Shown one piece after another: positions 29,129 to 40,847 of a stretch of 64,000 nucleotides of DNA. This DNA comes from Azolla caroliniana (Eukaryota; Plantae; Polypodiophyta). The DNA lies in NCBI GenBank assembly GCA_043228905.1, contig JBHGNT010000002.1, positions 1,240,001 through 1,304,000 on the forward strand, read 5' to 3'. The position numbers and the translations under genes are program-made. Position 1 is the stretch's first letter. Each line of letters opens with the position of its first letter. The notes under the pieces were generated by a model, which had not been told where the DNA came from, searched no databases, and saw only the letters and a list, made by a program, of their open reading frames with translations.

Positions 29129-32100
29129 TCCAAATAAAACTCCTTCCATTAGTTATAGAATTTTACATATGAGATTAATATATACAAATCCCTGGAGGGA
29201 CGTGATAGGTCCACCTTATGTGGATGCCCACAGACTCAATAAAGGGGGTGGTCCACCATTGCTTGATGAAGGCTAATCTTTATCTTTCAACTCCATTGGA
29301 GTCGCCCTTGAGGCCATCATATTGGCTTTTTAGAGTGGCTACAACTTCACTCCATATCTCTTGCATTAACATTGTTGGCTGCGCGGTTTGGTTGGAGAAG
29401 ACCCGTCGACACTGTTGTTTCCATAGAGTCTAAAGAGTTATTGGGTTGACCAATTCCAACACAACTTGAGATTTGGCATTGATAGGAGTTGAGTGGACAT
29501 TGTCGATGGTGGAGAAAAAACCTCTTGTGCTTTTATCACCAAAGCCATCCCCTTATAGTCTTTTTGTAAAAATCTCTTCTAACTAATGGGAAAGTAACTC
29601 CTTTTTTGGAAAAAAAAACTAAATTATTTTACACAATGGTCTCATTTTAATAAATGAGGTATATCTATTTCAGTGACACTAATAGTAGTAGGTTCAATTT
29701 TACTTTTCCACACAATGTCTTTCAAACCAACACACTCTAGGAGGTGCATGGAAAGTTGTAGATTTGGGAGTTAATATTGGCTATGGTGTAGTGTAAGATT
29801 TTCTTTGCGGACGACTATAACTCAATTGGTATAATCTAAAGTTCTTTTTCTCGTGATACAAAACTATGATTCACAAGCCTATCCCAAGGGAGAAAAAAGG
29901 AGATGAAAAAAATGACATTGCATTGCCAATGAAAGAGGGAGAAGGAAGGACTCTAGACCTTGAAGGGAAAGTTTAATGCTTAACTAATAACAATATATAA
30001 GACATCAAAATTGGATATTTATAAAGAACACATATTAGGAAAATCCTATGTGTTGAAGGTCATATATTAAAGAAAATTGAAAATTTCTATAAAGAGAGAA
30101 TAATTGTGAAATATAAATGATGGATTCATTTAATAACAATAGAATGTTCACATGATTGCCCTACCCTATGGGTTTGTAAGGGAGAGGAGAGAAATTATTA
30201 GAGCATGTAAGTCATTACATCGAAAGCCTAGAAAGGACCGAAGAGAATGAACAACCGACAAGAACTGAGGAATGCAAGACCAATTTCACCACACAATTAA
30301 AACATATGAACAATTGGTATCCTATGAAAATAAAGATATTAATATTGTCATGATTTTATACAAAATGCCTCTTTGATTCATTGTATTTGCATCTTGAAGG
30401 CTTCATGCCTCTAAAAGAAATACAAACCAACAACATGAATGCAATTAATGATAAAGCAACATCATGAATGTGATTTATGATGAAGCAATTATTAGTCAAT
30501 AATTTGACAACTCGGTCTGTAGATAATTTTACCATATAGACTTGAAACACAACAATTATTCTCCCTACAAATTTTATTTCTCAGTAAATGTTATCTTTAT
30601 TTATGGATAAAACTTGATCATGTAGAAGTGATATTCAATAGAGTTTTCCACTGTGTTGATTGATAACAAAATTTCAAAGAATTTGTTTTAAAGTCAAAGT
30701 AAGAATTTTTGGTCATTGAGTATGAACATTTGATAACTTTGTATCTCAAACATGGATAATCTTTTTCCTCATTTGTATTAACTATGCAATACTTGAAATA
30801 ATCACAATGTTCCATGGCAGTGTTTTGAATAAAGAAATAACTGTATATAATGTCAATACTTCATCAACCCCTCTTGGGTTTACGCTTTTTAGTTTAGATA
30901 AGAGTATTATGTCCGGTCGGCATTGCCCGTTTGATCTCGATACTCCAATAATACTTATACACCACCATAATATTAGAGTACCCAAGGGGAGCATACCAAG
31001 TGGAGAGGACTACGATGGTCACATGTTCAACTACTTCACCGTTAGCTCATACTACCTAGCACTTGCCTCTACTTCTTTTGAATGTTACATGCCGTTTTGT
31101 TGCATTGGCACACAATGTGAAACCACCACAATAACAATAATGATAGGTTGTGGTTGCAAAGGAGTGCACAAAAGCATAATATTCAGATTAATGGAACATT
31201 GTGGAGTCAAAATGTTGTCATAATGCTTCATATCTAACTCTTGAACATGTTGTTCTTTTAAAATGGTGACTAGGGTCTTCTTGAAGGCCTCAACGAAACC
31301 CCATTCTAATTTGATGAACAACCAAACGATCTCCCAACTCTCTCTTCGTTATATCTACATTGCGACGCCATTTGATAAATAGGAAGCTACATATGTACAA
31401 TGGATCAACATACCTACAAAAGATTGGTCGGTTGACTTGATACATGGTCTAGCTTAGGTAGCAACAAAAAGTATATGCAAATGGATGAATAAATTTTATA
31501 AGCTATGGAAATTCTAATAACTAACCTCGAGTTTAGACCTCTAAGAGAGAAAAGTTGTAGCATGCATGAAACACACTTTCTTGGGTATGCTTAATGAATT
31601 TTGGCTATAACCATATCTCAATAGCATTGATTAGTTTGCCCTTTGCTTATCCTTGAAAGCACTAAAGGATTGTGAGCACAATGCATTCTTACAAAAAAGA
31701 AAATAATGAAATTCTTTTAGGTGTTCCATGACTACACGTGAAAGTCATGTGAAAGCAATGGAGTGACATCCCCCAAAAGAGCAATGGAGCCGCAACATTA
31801 ATCGCTATATATTTCCATACATTTTCTTTCTAATAAGGAAATCAGGAGTCATTCCCTAAAATAAAATTTTATTTGTAGACGCAAAGGAGTGACATATGCC
31901 AATAGTCATGATAACTTGTTCATCAAAGCAATGGTGACATTCTTCATGCTTAATATTCTAATCTAATTACCTTGTATCATTCTTCACAAAAAATTAGAAT
32001 ATTCATGACAACACCATTGTCTAATGTTGTATTGGTCAATGGATATCCAAGAGGTCAAAGGAGTGTACATCCATTTTTGATGGAATTGGCTTTCCTATTT

Positions 32101-32379
32101 GGAAGATGGCAATGGCTTGATATTGTGCAAGGTTCTTGCCTTCATCCAATGCAACATGTCAATACTACTGATGCTAAAAGCATGACATGAACTTTATCAA
32201 CATATGCTCAATAGGTCGTTGGGAGTTAGGTTTGCAACAAAAAATATATTGTGGCAAAATGATATCTTCATTTTCTTTTAAAAAGATTCTTTAATTTTAA
32301 TGGATGTTGTTTCCTATTTAGCTTGTAATCAAGGTATGTGGGCCTAAATAGAAATACTATACTTGAAAGAGACTATGAA

Positions 32380-33480
32380 CAAGTCGGGTTCACCTATACC
32401 CAAGGAAATCATGAGCCACAATATGCCCTAACTCCAAGGAGTTCAACCCAATTAACTATCTAGTTGAATGTAGTCTAAAACACTAGGAACACAATGTTGT
32501 TCCAGAACTAATGTTAATGAGGTGCATGGTGAGTCTCAAAGAAAGCCTTTTGTTGTTGTTGTAAGTGTTTGGTACATGACAAGTTATGGCGTTGGTCTTT
32601 GTTGAGAAATAATAGTGCGACCAATCACAAAAGGGTTCAATTTGGAGAATGGTCAATGAGGCATATATGACAAGATTGTGGGTTAACCTAATCACTCGTA
32701 TTTGTCGTATCTTTTTGCAGAATGAATGTGCATGCTTCGGTGTTGTAGGCCATCATAGGCTGCTTTGCTAGATACCTTACATGCCATATTATAGCCAACT
32801 TACTAATTACAAATAGGATGCCAATGAACCTATTCTAGTATGTGATTCTTCTCATGGGCTTTTGTGGTACAAGATGTCAATGAGCAAGAAAAAGCCATGA
32901 CAATAAATAGTTAAGAGTTTGTCCTCATCCTTGATGAGCTCCAAGGATAGGAGTTAATTTGCTGCGAGAAATGTGGCCATTTCGATGATCCAGCAATTCA
33001 GATTATCTTTTGAGATGGGGACCATATTGATTGCATAAATGAAGAGGATGGAAATATATGGGAAGTTGTCATTGACTTCTTTGTTATGCATTTTTTACTT
33101 GTCGTGAGAGGTAGTTAACTATCACATGTTGGGCATTTGCAAATTGCAATATCAAACTCCTAGAGTATGAGAATCCACCAAGCCAACTTGTTGTGTTGGT
33201 GACAAGCTAGATGAGAGGGAAATGTTCAATGTGGAATGTGAAGTCGTGGCCCAACAAGTAGATAGAACTTAGTCATGGCACTATAGATAATGTTGAGTGC
33301 TATTGTGGAATAGTTCGTTTCAACCTTGGTGAGTGGACGGTTGGCATAGAACAATGGTTTATATGATTTAGGCTTATAGTCCATTTGCATGAGCACTTTG
33401 TTGATGGCTATATTTAACACATCAAAAACACAAGAAACTCCTAATTCCAATATGGATATGTTGACCAAGGCTTGGGATAG
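32380..33480 (-). mobile_element. highly degenerate Ty3/gypsy pol remnant (RNase H-integrase)
   Basis: ORF 33226-33468 has PLFYANRPLTKVETNYSTI, an RNase H-like motif. The region has many stops and approximate boundaries. Confidence 0.5.
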
Positions 33481-33749
33481 GAGAACTGAGTCCCTAGAAG
33501 GAAATGATGGAGGACAATGTTAAGCCTTGCCTTACAAAACACAACACATAACTCATGAAGACATATACATTTGGTCAAATCGGATGCCCATGCTAAGATA
33601 AGAATAACTTCATGCTAAGAGAAGAGGCATATACGATGAGTAGAAGGGAACAAGATTAATCTACAATTAGTAACGATGAGGAGAAAGCATATACTTTTGG
33701 TCAAATCGGGTGCCCATGCTAAGATAAGAATAGCTTCATGCTAAGAGAA

Positions 33750-35050
33750 GGGGCAATGGTGTGAGGAAATTCCATTTTTATCTTGCAAAACACCTCATGA
33801 GGACCATAAAGTGAGAGATAGATATGGTTCCCTATTTGTTTTGAGGTGATGCGTTTCAAGTTTTCATTTTAGAGAACTTGGATGGGTTTAAATGTCAGAG
33901 CAACAAATGATGAGGATGCCAGGAACATTGAAGCCGTTGATATGTAGTCTCGGTATTGGGGATTGTTCATCCAGAATTGGGGGCCTATTGGTTGGATTAA
34001 TGGTAAACACAATGTCCATATGTTTGCTTTTATCCATGGGTGGTGTTTAGAGAAAAGAAGAGGATTCACGTTGGTATTAAGGGAAAGATGCCCAAAGACT
34101 ACAAAGAACTCATAGTAAAATATAACCCTCATACCCACATCAACCAACATGTCGAAGAGCAAAAGGCCGCAAGCATGGTCATTCCAAGACAGAGGGCGGG
34201 AAAAGTCATCTTGGTGAAGCATATCTCCACTTTATTCTCTCCCCAAAAGAGGTGAAGACCTTTGCCTTTTTCCAAATTTCTCGAAAATGTTGTTACTTAC
34301 GAAACACAACATCAGGCTGACCAGTTATTGCCTCATATTGACCTCTTAGAGTATGTAAGAGCATTGACTATATCTCCTTGACTAACTCAACCACATTTTG
34401 TTTGACTTTTTGAAATACACATTTGCATTGCCTTCCACAATACCCAAACTACTAAAGAAGATATCATAGGCCAAACCTTGTCCTCTTCCAAACACCGGAT
34501 TGTTGATGTCTTCCATCAGAGAGGAGAAGGCAATCAATATACTCCTTTTCATAATTCTGTAATTCTTCAGCCAACCTTCCCCGTCTCACAAAACCCATGT
34601 GTGCACTTGTTTACGATAAATATAATCCAAAATTCTCAACATTCTTTTCCAGATTGCTCTAGTAATAGGACATACCCATAAAATATGATGAACCGATTCA
34701 ATGGGAAAACCACAACTATCACATTTTAAATCATGGCAATGCCCCCACATCCATGACTTCACAGGAATGCTATAATGTACCAACAACCATCTAAACAATA
34801 CAACCTTTTTAGGAATTTGCATGGACCATAGCCATTTCCAATAAGCATCCAACCAAGAGTTTGGTACATTACCAAATATCCAAAATTTTCAAGTTGCTGG
34901 CATAACAACCACACCCCTTCTTAGCAATTCTCTACCCATTTTTACCGATTATTGAAAAATGGGATTTGCTTACCGAGCATTCCTTGCATTGATATGATTT
35001 GTCATTTCCACTCACCAGGATCCCATAAAAGGTGATCAATGGGCTTATTC
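33750..35050 (-). mobile_element. L1-type LINE ORF2 3' fragment (zf-RVT)
   Basis: ORF 34586-34852: WKWLWSMQIPKKVVLFRWLLVH...CDSCGFPIESVHHILWVCP, a typical zf-RVT domain. Confidence 0.7.
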
Positions 35051-35455
35051 TCATAGACCCACAATTCAAATAGTCCATGGGTGGTGTTCATGTGAGTGTA
35101 GCACATGTTAGTTGGTCGATGTTGCACAAAATGAATTGTTTTTTTCATTTTGAGAGATCTAATATTTTTCTCTTTTGATTAAAACATGTTGAAGTATAGG
35201 TATGGACTTGATCGAACCAGATTTCAACTTTAACTTCTTTGTGAGCATAATCTCTTGGTTCTAGTCTATAAAATAGTTATAAAAAAGGTTCATATTTTGG
35301 GAGAAATTTTGGAGGGAAAATCTTTTTAGCGAGCAACCTTTTTGAAGGGGATGTTTGAGTAAAACTTTAACGATAATTTGGAGTTGTTTTGACTACATTC
35401 TGGGGAAAGAATTCTAGGATAGCTTTTGCAAGTGGATCTTTTCAACGTTTGTAAC

Positions 35456-36002
35456 TGTCATGAAGACATACATCTTGGCTTATCATGACATTCATCTTGG
35501 CGAACCAGGAATCGAACCCATAACCTCTTGGTTTACATATTGTACTTTAACCATTGTAATAACATATGTGAGATGTAATCATAATAATTATATGTTTAGT
35601 TATTACGAGATATTTAGAACATTCTAGATTATTCTAGAATGTTCTTGAATATTTCATGATTATATTTATTATTATTATTATTCATAAATATCTAAAATAT
35701 TCTAGAACATTCTAGAATACTCCATAAGGGCCTATAAATAAGAGTCCATACACTCATCACAACTCATTCGGTTCAACACCAGTCTTTAGCCCTTAGCCTA
35801 CTCCTTGTAATCTTCTTTCTCATAATATAATCGCATTCCCATTTCTTATCTCTCACTTATACTTTTCTCTCTCTCGCACTCTCTCCCTCTTTCACTCTCT
35901 TTCTATCACTATCGCTATCTCTACCGCTCTCGCCATCTCTATCGTTATCGTTATCTCTATCGCCATCGCTCTCTCTCTGCTTCCTACTCAAGAGTCACGA
36001 CA
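35456..36002 (+). repeat. 5' LTR of the chromovirus
   Basis: TGTCATGAAG...GTCACGACA. No differences from 40840-41386 were found by eye. TATAAATA at 35733. Confidence 0.95.
35616..35720 (+). promoter_or_regulatory. heat-shock element arrays (nGAAn/nTTCn) upstream of the LTR TATA box
   Basis: aGAAcaTTCtaGAttaTTCtaGAAtgTTCttGAAt (35616-35650) and taTTCtaGAAcaTTCtaGAAt (~35698-35718). Confidence 0.7.
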
Positions 36003-36015
36003 GTTTGAACCGAAT
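36003..36015 (+). promoter_or_regulatory. self-priming primer-binding site
   Basis: TTGAACCGAAT (36005-36015) is the exact reverse complement of ATTCGGTTCAA (35766-35776), 33 nt downstream of the TATA start. There is no TGG-type tRNA PBS. Confidence 0.8.
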
Positions 36016-36087
36016 ATTTCTTTTCCCTTTCTCCAATAACCCTAGCAAGCTTTCTTCTTTATCCTTCTTTCTTTTTCCCCCGCGGTT

Positions 36088-37215
36088 ATGGAGTCGGTCA
36101 GCAAGCAAGAGTATATGCGTGTCCTTTCGGAGCTCGATATGCTCACCACTAAGTTTGTGGCATTAGAGCAAGAAAATCAAAGGCTACTCGGGGATCTTCA
36201 ACAAGTCAGTACTGAGAAAGCTCATCAATATGAGGAGTTATCACAACGGGTTCATCAACTTGAGGCTACTATATTAGCATTACGAGAACAAGCGGCGGGG
36301 GTTCAAAACTCCCCAAGGGAACCAAAGATTAGCCTCCCTGCCAAGTTTGATGGTACCAGATCTCTCTTTCGAGGTTTCCTGAATCAAGTTCGTTTGGTGA
36401 TTCAGTTACATCCCAATCGGTATCCAACTGATGCTGCCCGTGTGGGATTAATAGGAACCTTGCTAAGCGGTACAGCGTTAGCATGGTTTGCACCACTTCT
36501 TGAGAAGAAATCACCATTACTGGAGGATTTCGAGGCATTCGTTAAGGAGTTTCAAGCTAGTTTTGGAGATACGGATAGCACTAGGACTGCAATAAACAAG
36601 ATTCGAAGACTCCGACAAGGAGATCGTCCCGCTTCAGCTTATGCCGCAGATTTCCGTCTCTTGGCATGCGACATCCCTTGGGATGAGGCAGCCTTAATGG
36701 ATCAATTCCGTCAGGGTTTGCGTAACGATGTCAAAGATCTTCTTCTTACTTTCCATGAAGATCCAAAGTCTCTTACTGAAGCTATTAGCCGAGCTGTGCG
36801 ATGTGATAATCGCCTATTTGAGCGACGTTCTGAACGTCAACAAATGTTACGCCGCCAACCGGAACAGACATACGCTTCTATAGTCGCCACACCGCCACAA
36901 GGTTCTAGACCCGTTACGAGGGATGGTCCCACTCCGATGGAAATAGAGTCGACACAACGTCGCGGGCCCTTATCAGATGCTGAGAAACAACGACGTCGGG
37001 CGCATCGCCTATGCCTCTACTGTGGTGGTCCAGGACATATAGCTGTGAATTGTCCACATAAACCCAGGCGTCAAGTTTACCAAGTAAGTGCACATGACAA
37101 CCCTACATCAAGTTCTACTATCACTTCTAATAACTTAAGTACTAAGCCTACTAGCCCATGCCATGAGAATAGATTTGATGTCTTGAGCCAATTAGAGGAT
37201 GTGTTAAACGAATAA
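36088..37215 (+). CDS. gag: chromovirus Gag (PEG10/Ty3-like capsid, CCHC zinc knuckle)
   Basis: 375-aa ORF with EPKISLPAKFDG, LRQGDRPASAYAADFR and CLYCGGPGHIAVNC. Confidence 0.93.
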   Translation: MESVSKQEYMRVLSELDMLTTKFVALEQENQRLLGDLQQVSTEKAHQYEELSQRVHQLEATILALREQAAGVQNSPREPKISLPAKFDGTRSLFRGFLNQVRLVIQLHPNRYPTDAARVGLIGTLLSGTALAWFAPLLEKKSPLLEDFEAFVKEFQASFGDTDSTRTAINKIRRLRQGDRPASAYAADFRLLACDIPWDEAALMDQFRQGLRNDVKDLLLTFHEDPKSLTEAISRAVRCDNRLFERRSERQQMLRRQPEQTYASIVATPPQGSRPVTRDGPTPMEIESTQRRGPLSDAEKQRRRAHRLCLYCGGPGHIAVNCPHKPRRQVYQVSAHDNPTSSSTITSNNLSTKPTSPCHENRFDVLSQLEDVLNE

Positions 37216-40200
37216 GTCCGGCCAAAATAGGAGCCATTTGGTTGGACCATCCTAGTTATGTAGAGTCAGTACCTAGTTGTGGTTCCATTTCATCAAATCA
37301 AGTTAGTAGAGTTTTTTCTGCACAAGTCGAGCTTAGCACATCTACAGGTCATCGCGCCCTAGCCTCTGCCCTCCTAGATTCCGGAGCCAATTCTTGTTTC
37401 ATGGATCGCGAGTTTGCATTGACTCAAAACATCATCTTGAAAAAACTCCCAAACCAAGTAGCTGTAGGAGTCATCGATGGTCGCCCTATAGCATCAGGAG
37501 ATATAGTCGAAGAGTCTGAACCAATTCGTGTAGTCCTAGGTAATTTGGCTAGTGTCATCTCATTTAACATCATTAGTAGTCCGGAGCACTCTCTAGTTCT
37601 TGGTCTTCCTTGGTTTGAGTTACATAACCCAACCATTGATTGGAGAAAAAGAACTATTGAAGAGGTCACCGTACAATCCAAGTCTCTTGAAGCTCCAACT
37701 AAGGATCTAGGATCCCCCACAATTTCAACAATCTCTATACATCAATTACGAGAGGATGGAAGAAAGGAAGACATGATGGTATTTGCGGTTTTAGCAACTC
37801 CCTCATCTAGCTCACAAGAATTGGGGGTCCAACTACCAAAGAAGTACATAGAATTCTCCGATGTGTTCGATAAGGTGAAGGCTAATAGACTACCAGAGCA
37901 TCGACCATATGATTGCCCAATTGATTTGCAGCCAGGAAAAGAGCCTCCATGGGGACCAATTTATAATCTTTCGCCCACGGAGTTAGAGGTTCTTCGAGAA
38001 TATATCAATGAGAACTTGGCAAATGGTTTTATCCAACATTCAAAATCTCCTGCTGGTGCACCCATCTTTTTCGTTAAGAAGAAAGATGGTACGCTTCGTA
38101 TGGTCGTGGATTATCGAGGCTTGAATAAAGTGACCGTTAGAAACCGATATGCTCTCCCATTGATCTCAAGCCTTCTAGAACGCCTCAGTGAAGCAAAGTA
38201 TTTCACGAAGTTAGATCTTCGAGGTGCCTACAACCTTGTTCGAATTCGTCCTGGGGATGAATGGAAGACGGCGTTCCGCACTCGCTATGGTCATTTTGAG
38301 TACACAGTGATGCCTTTTGGCCTCACGAATGCACCAGCAGTCTTCCAACATATGGCGAATGATATTTTTCGAGACTTCCTCGATATCTTCATCATTGTTT
38401 ACCTGGATGATATCTTGATCTACTCAAAAACTCAAGAAGAACATGATATACATGTTCGCCAAGTTTTGCAACGGCTACGAGAGTATGGTCTCTATGCAAA
38501 ATTGGAGAAGTGTAGTTTCGACCAACGTCAAGTGGAGTTTTTGGGGTACATAGTCTCTTCAAATGGCATCTCTATGGATCCATCAAAGGTTCAAACAATT
38601 TTGGATTGGCAAACACCACAGTCCGTGCGAGATGTGCAATGTTTTTTGGGGTTCGCAAACTTTTATCGCAAGTTCATCAAAGATTATTCAAAAATTGTGT
38701 TGCCCCTCACTCAACTGACGCACAAGAATCGATCATTTGTATGGAGTATAGATGCGAACTCTGCATTTGAGGGTTTAAAGCAAGCATTTACATCCGCACC
38801 AATCTTAATCCATGTCGATCCAATGAGGCGCTTTATACTTGAAGCTGATGCATCGGATTTCGCACTCGGAAGTGTACTATCCCAAATTGGTGATGATGGT
38901 GAACTGCACCCGGTGGCTTTTCACTCACGAAAATTTGAAGCCGCAGAAATCAACTATGAGATTCACGACAAAGAGCTTCTTGCCATTGTGGATTCTTTTC
39001 AACAATGGCGTCATTTTCTGGAGGGTTCTTCTCAGCAGATTATTGTCTACAATGATCATAAAAATCTAACATACTTTCAAAGTGCTCGAGTCTTGAATCG
39101 ACGACAAGCTCGTTGGGCGCAGTTCTTAACTCGTTTCGATTTTGTAATTCTATATCGCCCTGGGATGCAACAAGGAAAAGCAGATGCTTTATCTAGACGT
39201 TCGTATATGGAACTTCAACCTGGAGAGGCCGCATTTGAAAGCCAAAAGCAAATCCTCTTAGGTCCTGATCGTCTACGAATAATGGCAATGCATACCATCA
39301 ACACACCGGGAGATTCAAGGCTTCTTGATTCCATTCGTGAGCAGATTGCGACTGATGCGTTCGCCCAAGAGGTTTTGAGCCATATTATCCCAAATCGTGC
39401 ATCTAGCTCCCAAACTCAAAATCCTCGTCTAGACTACACCCAGTTTAGTTGGCATGATGGGTTACTTTTTCGACAAACTCTCTTGTATGTGCCTGACGGT
39501 CCTTCTCGACTCAAAGTCATGCAACAATGTCATGACACACCAATGGCGGGACACTTCGGCATCCACAAGACTTTTGAGTTGATTTCTCGCCGATATTGGT
39601 GGCCACGGCTTCGCCATTTTGTTACGGATTATGTTCGTAGCTGTGATACATGTTGCCGATCAAAAAAGCCTCGACATCATCCATATGGCTTATTACAGCC
39701 AATGCCTATTCCGGAGAGCCCATGGAAATCTATTTCCTTGGACTTTATTACGGATCTTCCACCTTCCAAGGAATTTGATTCGATTCTCACGGTTGTCGAT
39801 CGTTTTACGAAGATGGCACATTTCCTTCCATGCACAAAGACCATTACTAGTCAAGAGACAGCTGATTTACTCATGCGGGAGGTGTTTCGCCATCATGGTC
39901 TTCCGGATGATATTATCAGTGATCGGGGTCCCCAATTCATCTCGAAATTTTGGCGGCACATGTTCAGACTCTTACATACTTCTTGTAAACTCTCTTCCGG
40001 CTACCATCCAGAGACTAATGGGCAGAGTGAGCGCACCAACCAAACAGTCGAGCAATATCTACGTTGTTTTGTCAACTATCAACAAGATGATTGGGTGGAT
40101 TTACTACCTTTGGCAGAATTTGCTTATAACAACTCCGAGCATTCTTCTACTGGATATTCCCCATTTTTTGCAAACATTGGGTACCATCCTCGTTGGACGA

Positions 40201-40847
40201 TGCTTGAACATCCTGAACTACCAAAAAACCCAGCTGCTGAAGATCGGCTCACTCGACTCCAAGAAGTTCAAGATATGCTTTTGCATCATTTATGTGAAGC
40301 CCAAAACACTCAAAAGAAGATTGCTGACCGTCATCGGCGTGATTCATCGACTACATTTCAAGTAGGCGATCGTGTATGGCTCTTACAAGGTAGCATTAAA
40401 ACGACCCGACCTTGCTACAAATTGGATTATCAACGTTTTGGCCCATATGTCATAAGTGGTAAGATCAATGATGTGACATTTCGACTTGATCTTCCTCCTC
40501 ATATGCGTCTTCACCCGGTCTTCCATGTTTCACTTTTGGAGCCTTACACAACGAGCTCTATTCCGGGTCGTGTTACACCTCCCCCACCTCCAATTGACGT
40601 TTCCAATGGCTCTGAATATGAGGTTGCCGCTATCCTCGACTCCAAGATCATTCGCAACAAACTATACTACTTGGTTGATTGGTTAGGCTATACACCTAAT
40701 GATCGAACATGGGAGCCTGCCGAACATCTTGCCAATGCCTCCGACATGGTTGTTGCATTTCACAACCAATATCCTCATAAACCAAGTCTGAACTCTTTTC
40801 TTCCGACTCGTGCAACTCGTCATCGAAAAGGGGGGATAATGTCATGA
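37203..40847 (+). CDS. pol: chromovirus Pol (protease-RT-RNase H-integrase-chromodomain), probably via -1 frameshift
   Basis: LLDSGA protease, YLDDILIYS RT, EADASDFALG RNase H, HHCC + D,D,E integrase and EYEVAAILDS...YLVDWLGY...TWEP chromodomain. The frame is open from the G TTA AAC site at 37203-37209. Confidence 0.95.
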   Translation, partial: VKRISPAKIGAIWLDHPSYVESVPSCGSISSNQVSRVFSAQVELSTSTGHRALASALLDSGANSCFMDREFALTQNIILKKLPNQVAVGVIDGRPIASGDIVEESEPIRVVLGNLASVISFNIISSPEHSLVLGLPWFELHNPTIDWRKRTIEEVTVQSKSLEAPTKDLGSPTISTISIHQLREDGRKEDMMVFAVLATPSSSSQELGVQLPKKYIEFSDVFDKVKANRLPEHRPYDCPIDLQPGKEPPWGPIYNLSPTELEVLREYINENLANGFIQHSKSPAGAPIFFVKKKDGTLRMVVDYRGLNKVTVRNRYALPLISSLLERLSEAKYFTKLDLRGAYNLVRIRPGDEWKTAFRTRYGHFEYTVMPFGLTNAPAVFQHMANDIFRDFLDIFIIVYLDDILIYSKTQEEHDIHVRQVLQRLREYGLYAKLEKCSFDQRQVEFLGYIVSSNGISMDPSKVQTILDWQTPQSVRDVQCFLGFANFYRKFIKDYSKIVLPLTQLTHKNRSFVWSIDANSAFEGLKQAFTSAPILIHVDPMRRFILEADASDFALGSVLSQIGDDGELHPVAFHSRKFEAAEINYEIHDKELLAIVDSFQQWRHFLEGSSQQIIVYNDHKNLTYFQSARVLNRRQARWAQFLTRFDFVILYRPGMQQGKADALSRRSYMELQPGEAAFESQKQILLGPDRLRIMAMHTINTPGDSRLLDSIREQIATDAFAQEVLSHIIPNRASSSQTQNPRLDYTQFSWHDGLLFRQTLLYVPDGPSRLKVMQQCHDTPMAGHFGIHKTFELISRRYWWPRLRHFVTDYVRSCDTCCRSKKPRHHPYGLLQPMPIPESPWKSISLDFITDLPPSKEFDSILTVVDRFTKMAHFLPCTKTITSQETADLLMREVFRHHGLPDDIISDRGPQFISKFWRHMFRLLHTSCKLSSGYHPETNGQSERTNQTVEQYLRCFVNYQQDDWVDLLPLAEFAYNNSEHSSTGYSPFFANIGYHPRWTMLEHPELPKNPAAEDRLTRLQEVQDMLLHHLCEAQNTQKKIADRHRRDSSTTFQVGDRVWLLQGSIKTTRPCYKLDYQRFGPYVISGKINDVTFRLDLPPHMRLHPVFHVSLLEPYTTSSIPGRVTPPPPPIDVSNGSEYEVAAILDSKIIRNKLYYLVDWLGYTPNDRTWEPAEHLANASDMVVAFHNQYPHKPSLNSFLPTRATRHRKGGIMS

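Noticed and set aside
30300-31350. Possible decayed gene or transposon ORFs
   Set aside because: No motif could be recognised with confidence. A translated profile search is needed.
35498-35560. Possible genuine tRNA gene
   Set aside because: No acceptor or anticodon stems could be formed. Only the A/B-box-like motifs are present, so it is kept as a tRNA-like module.
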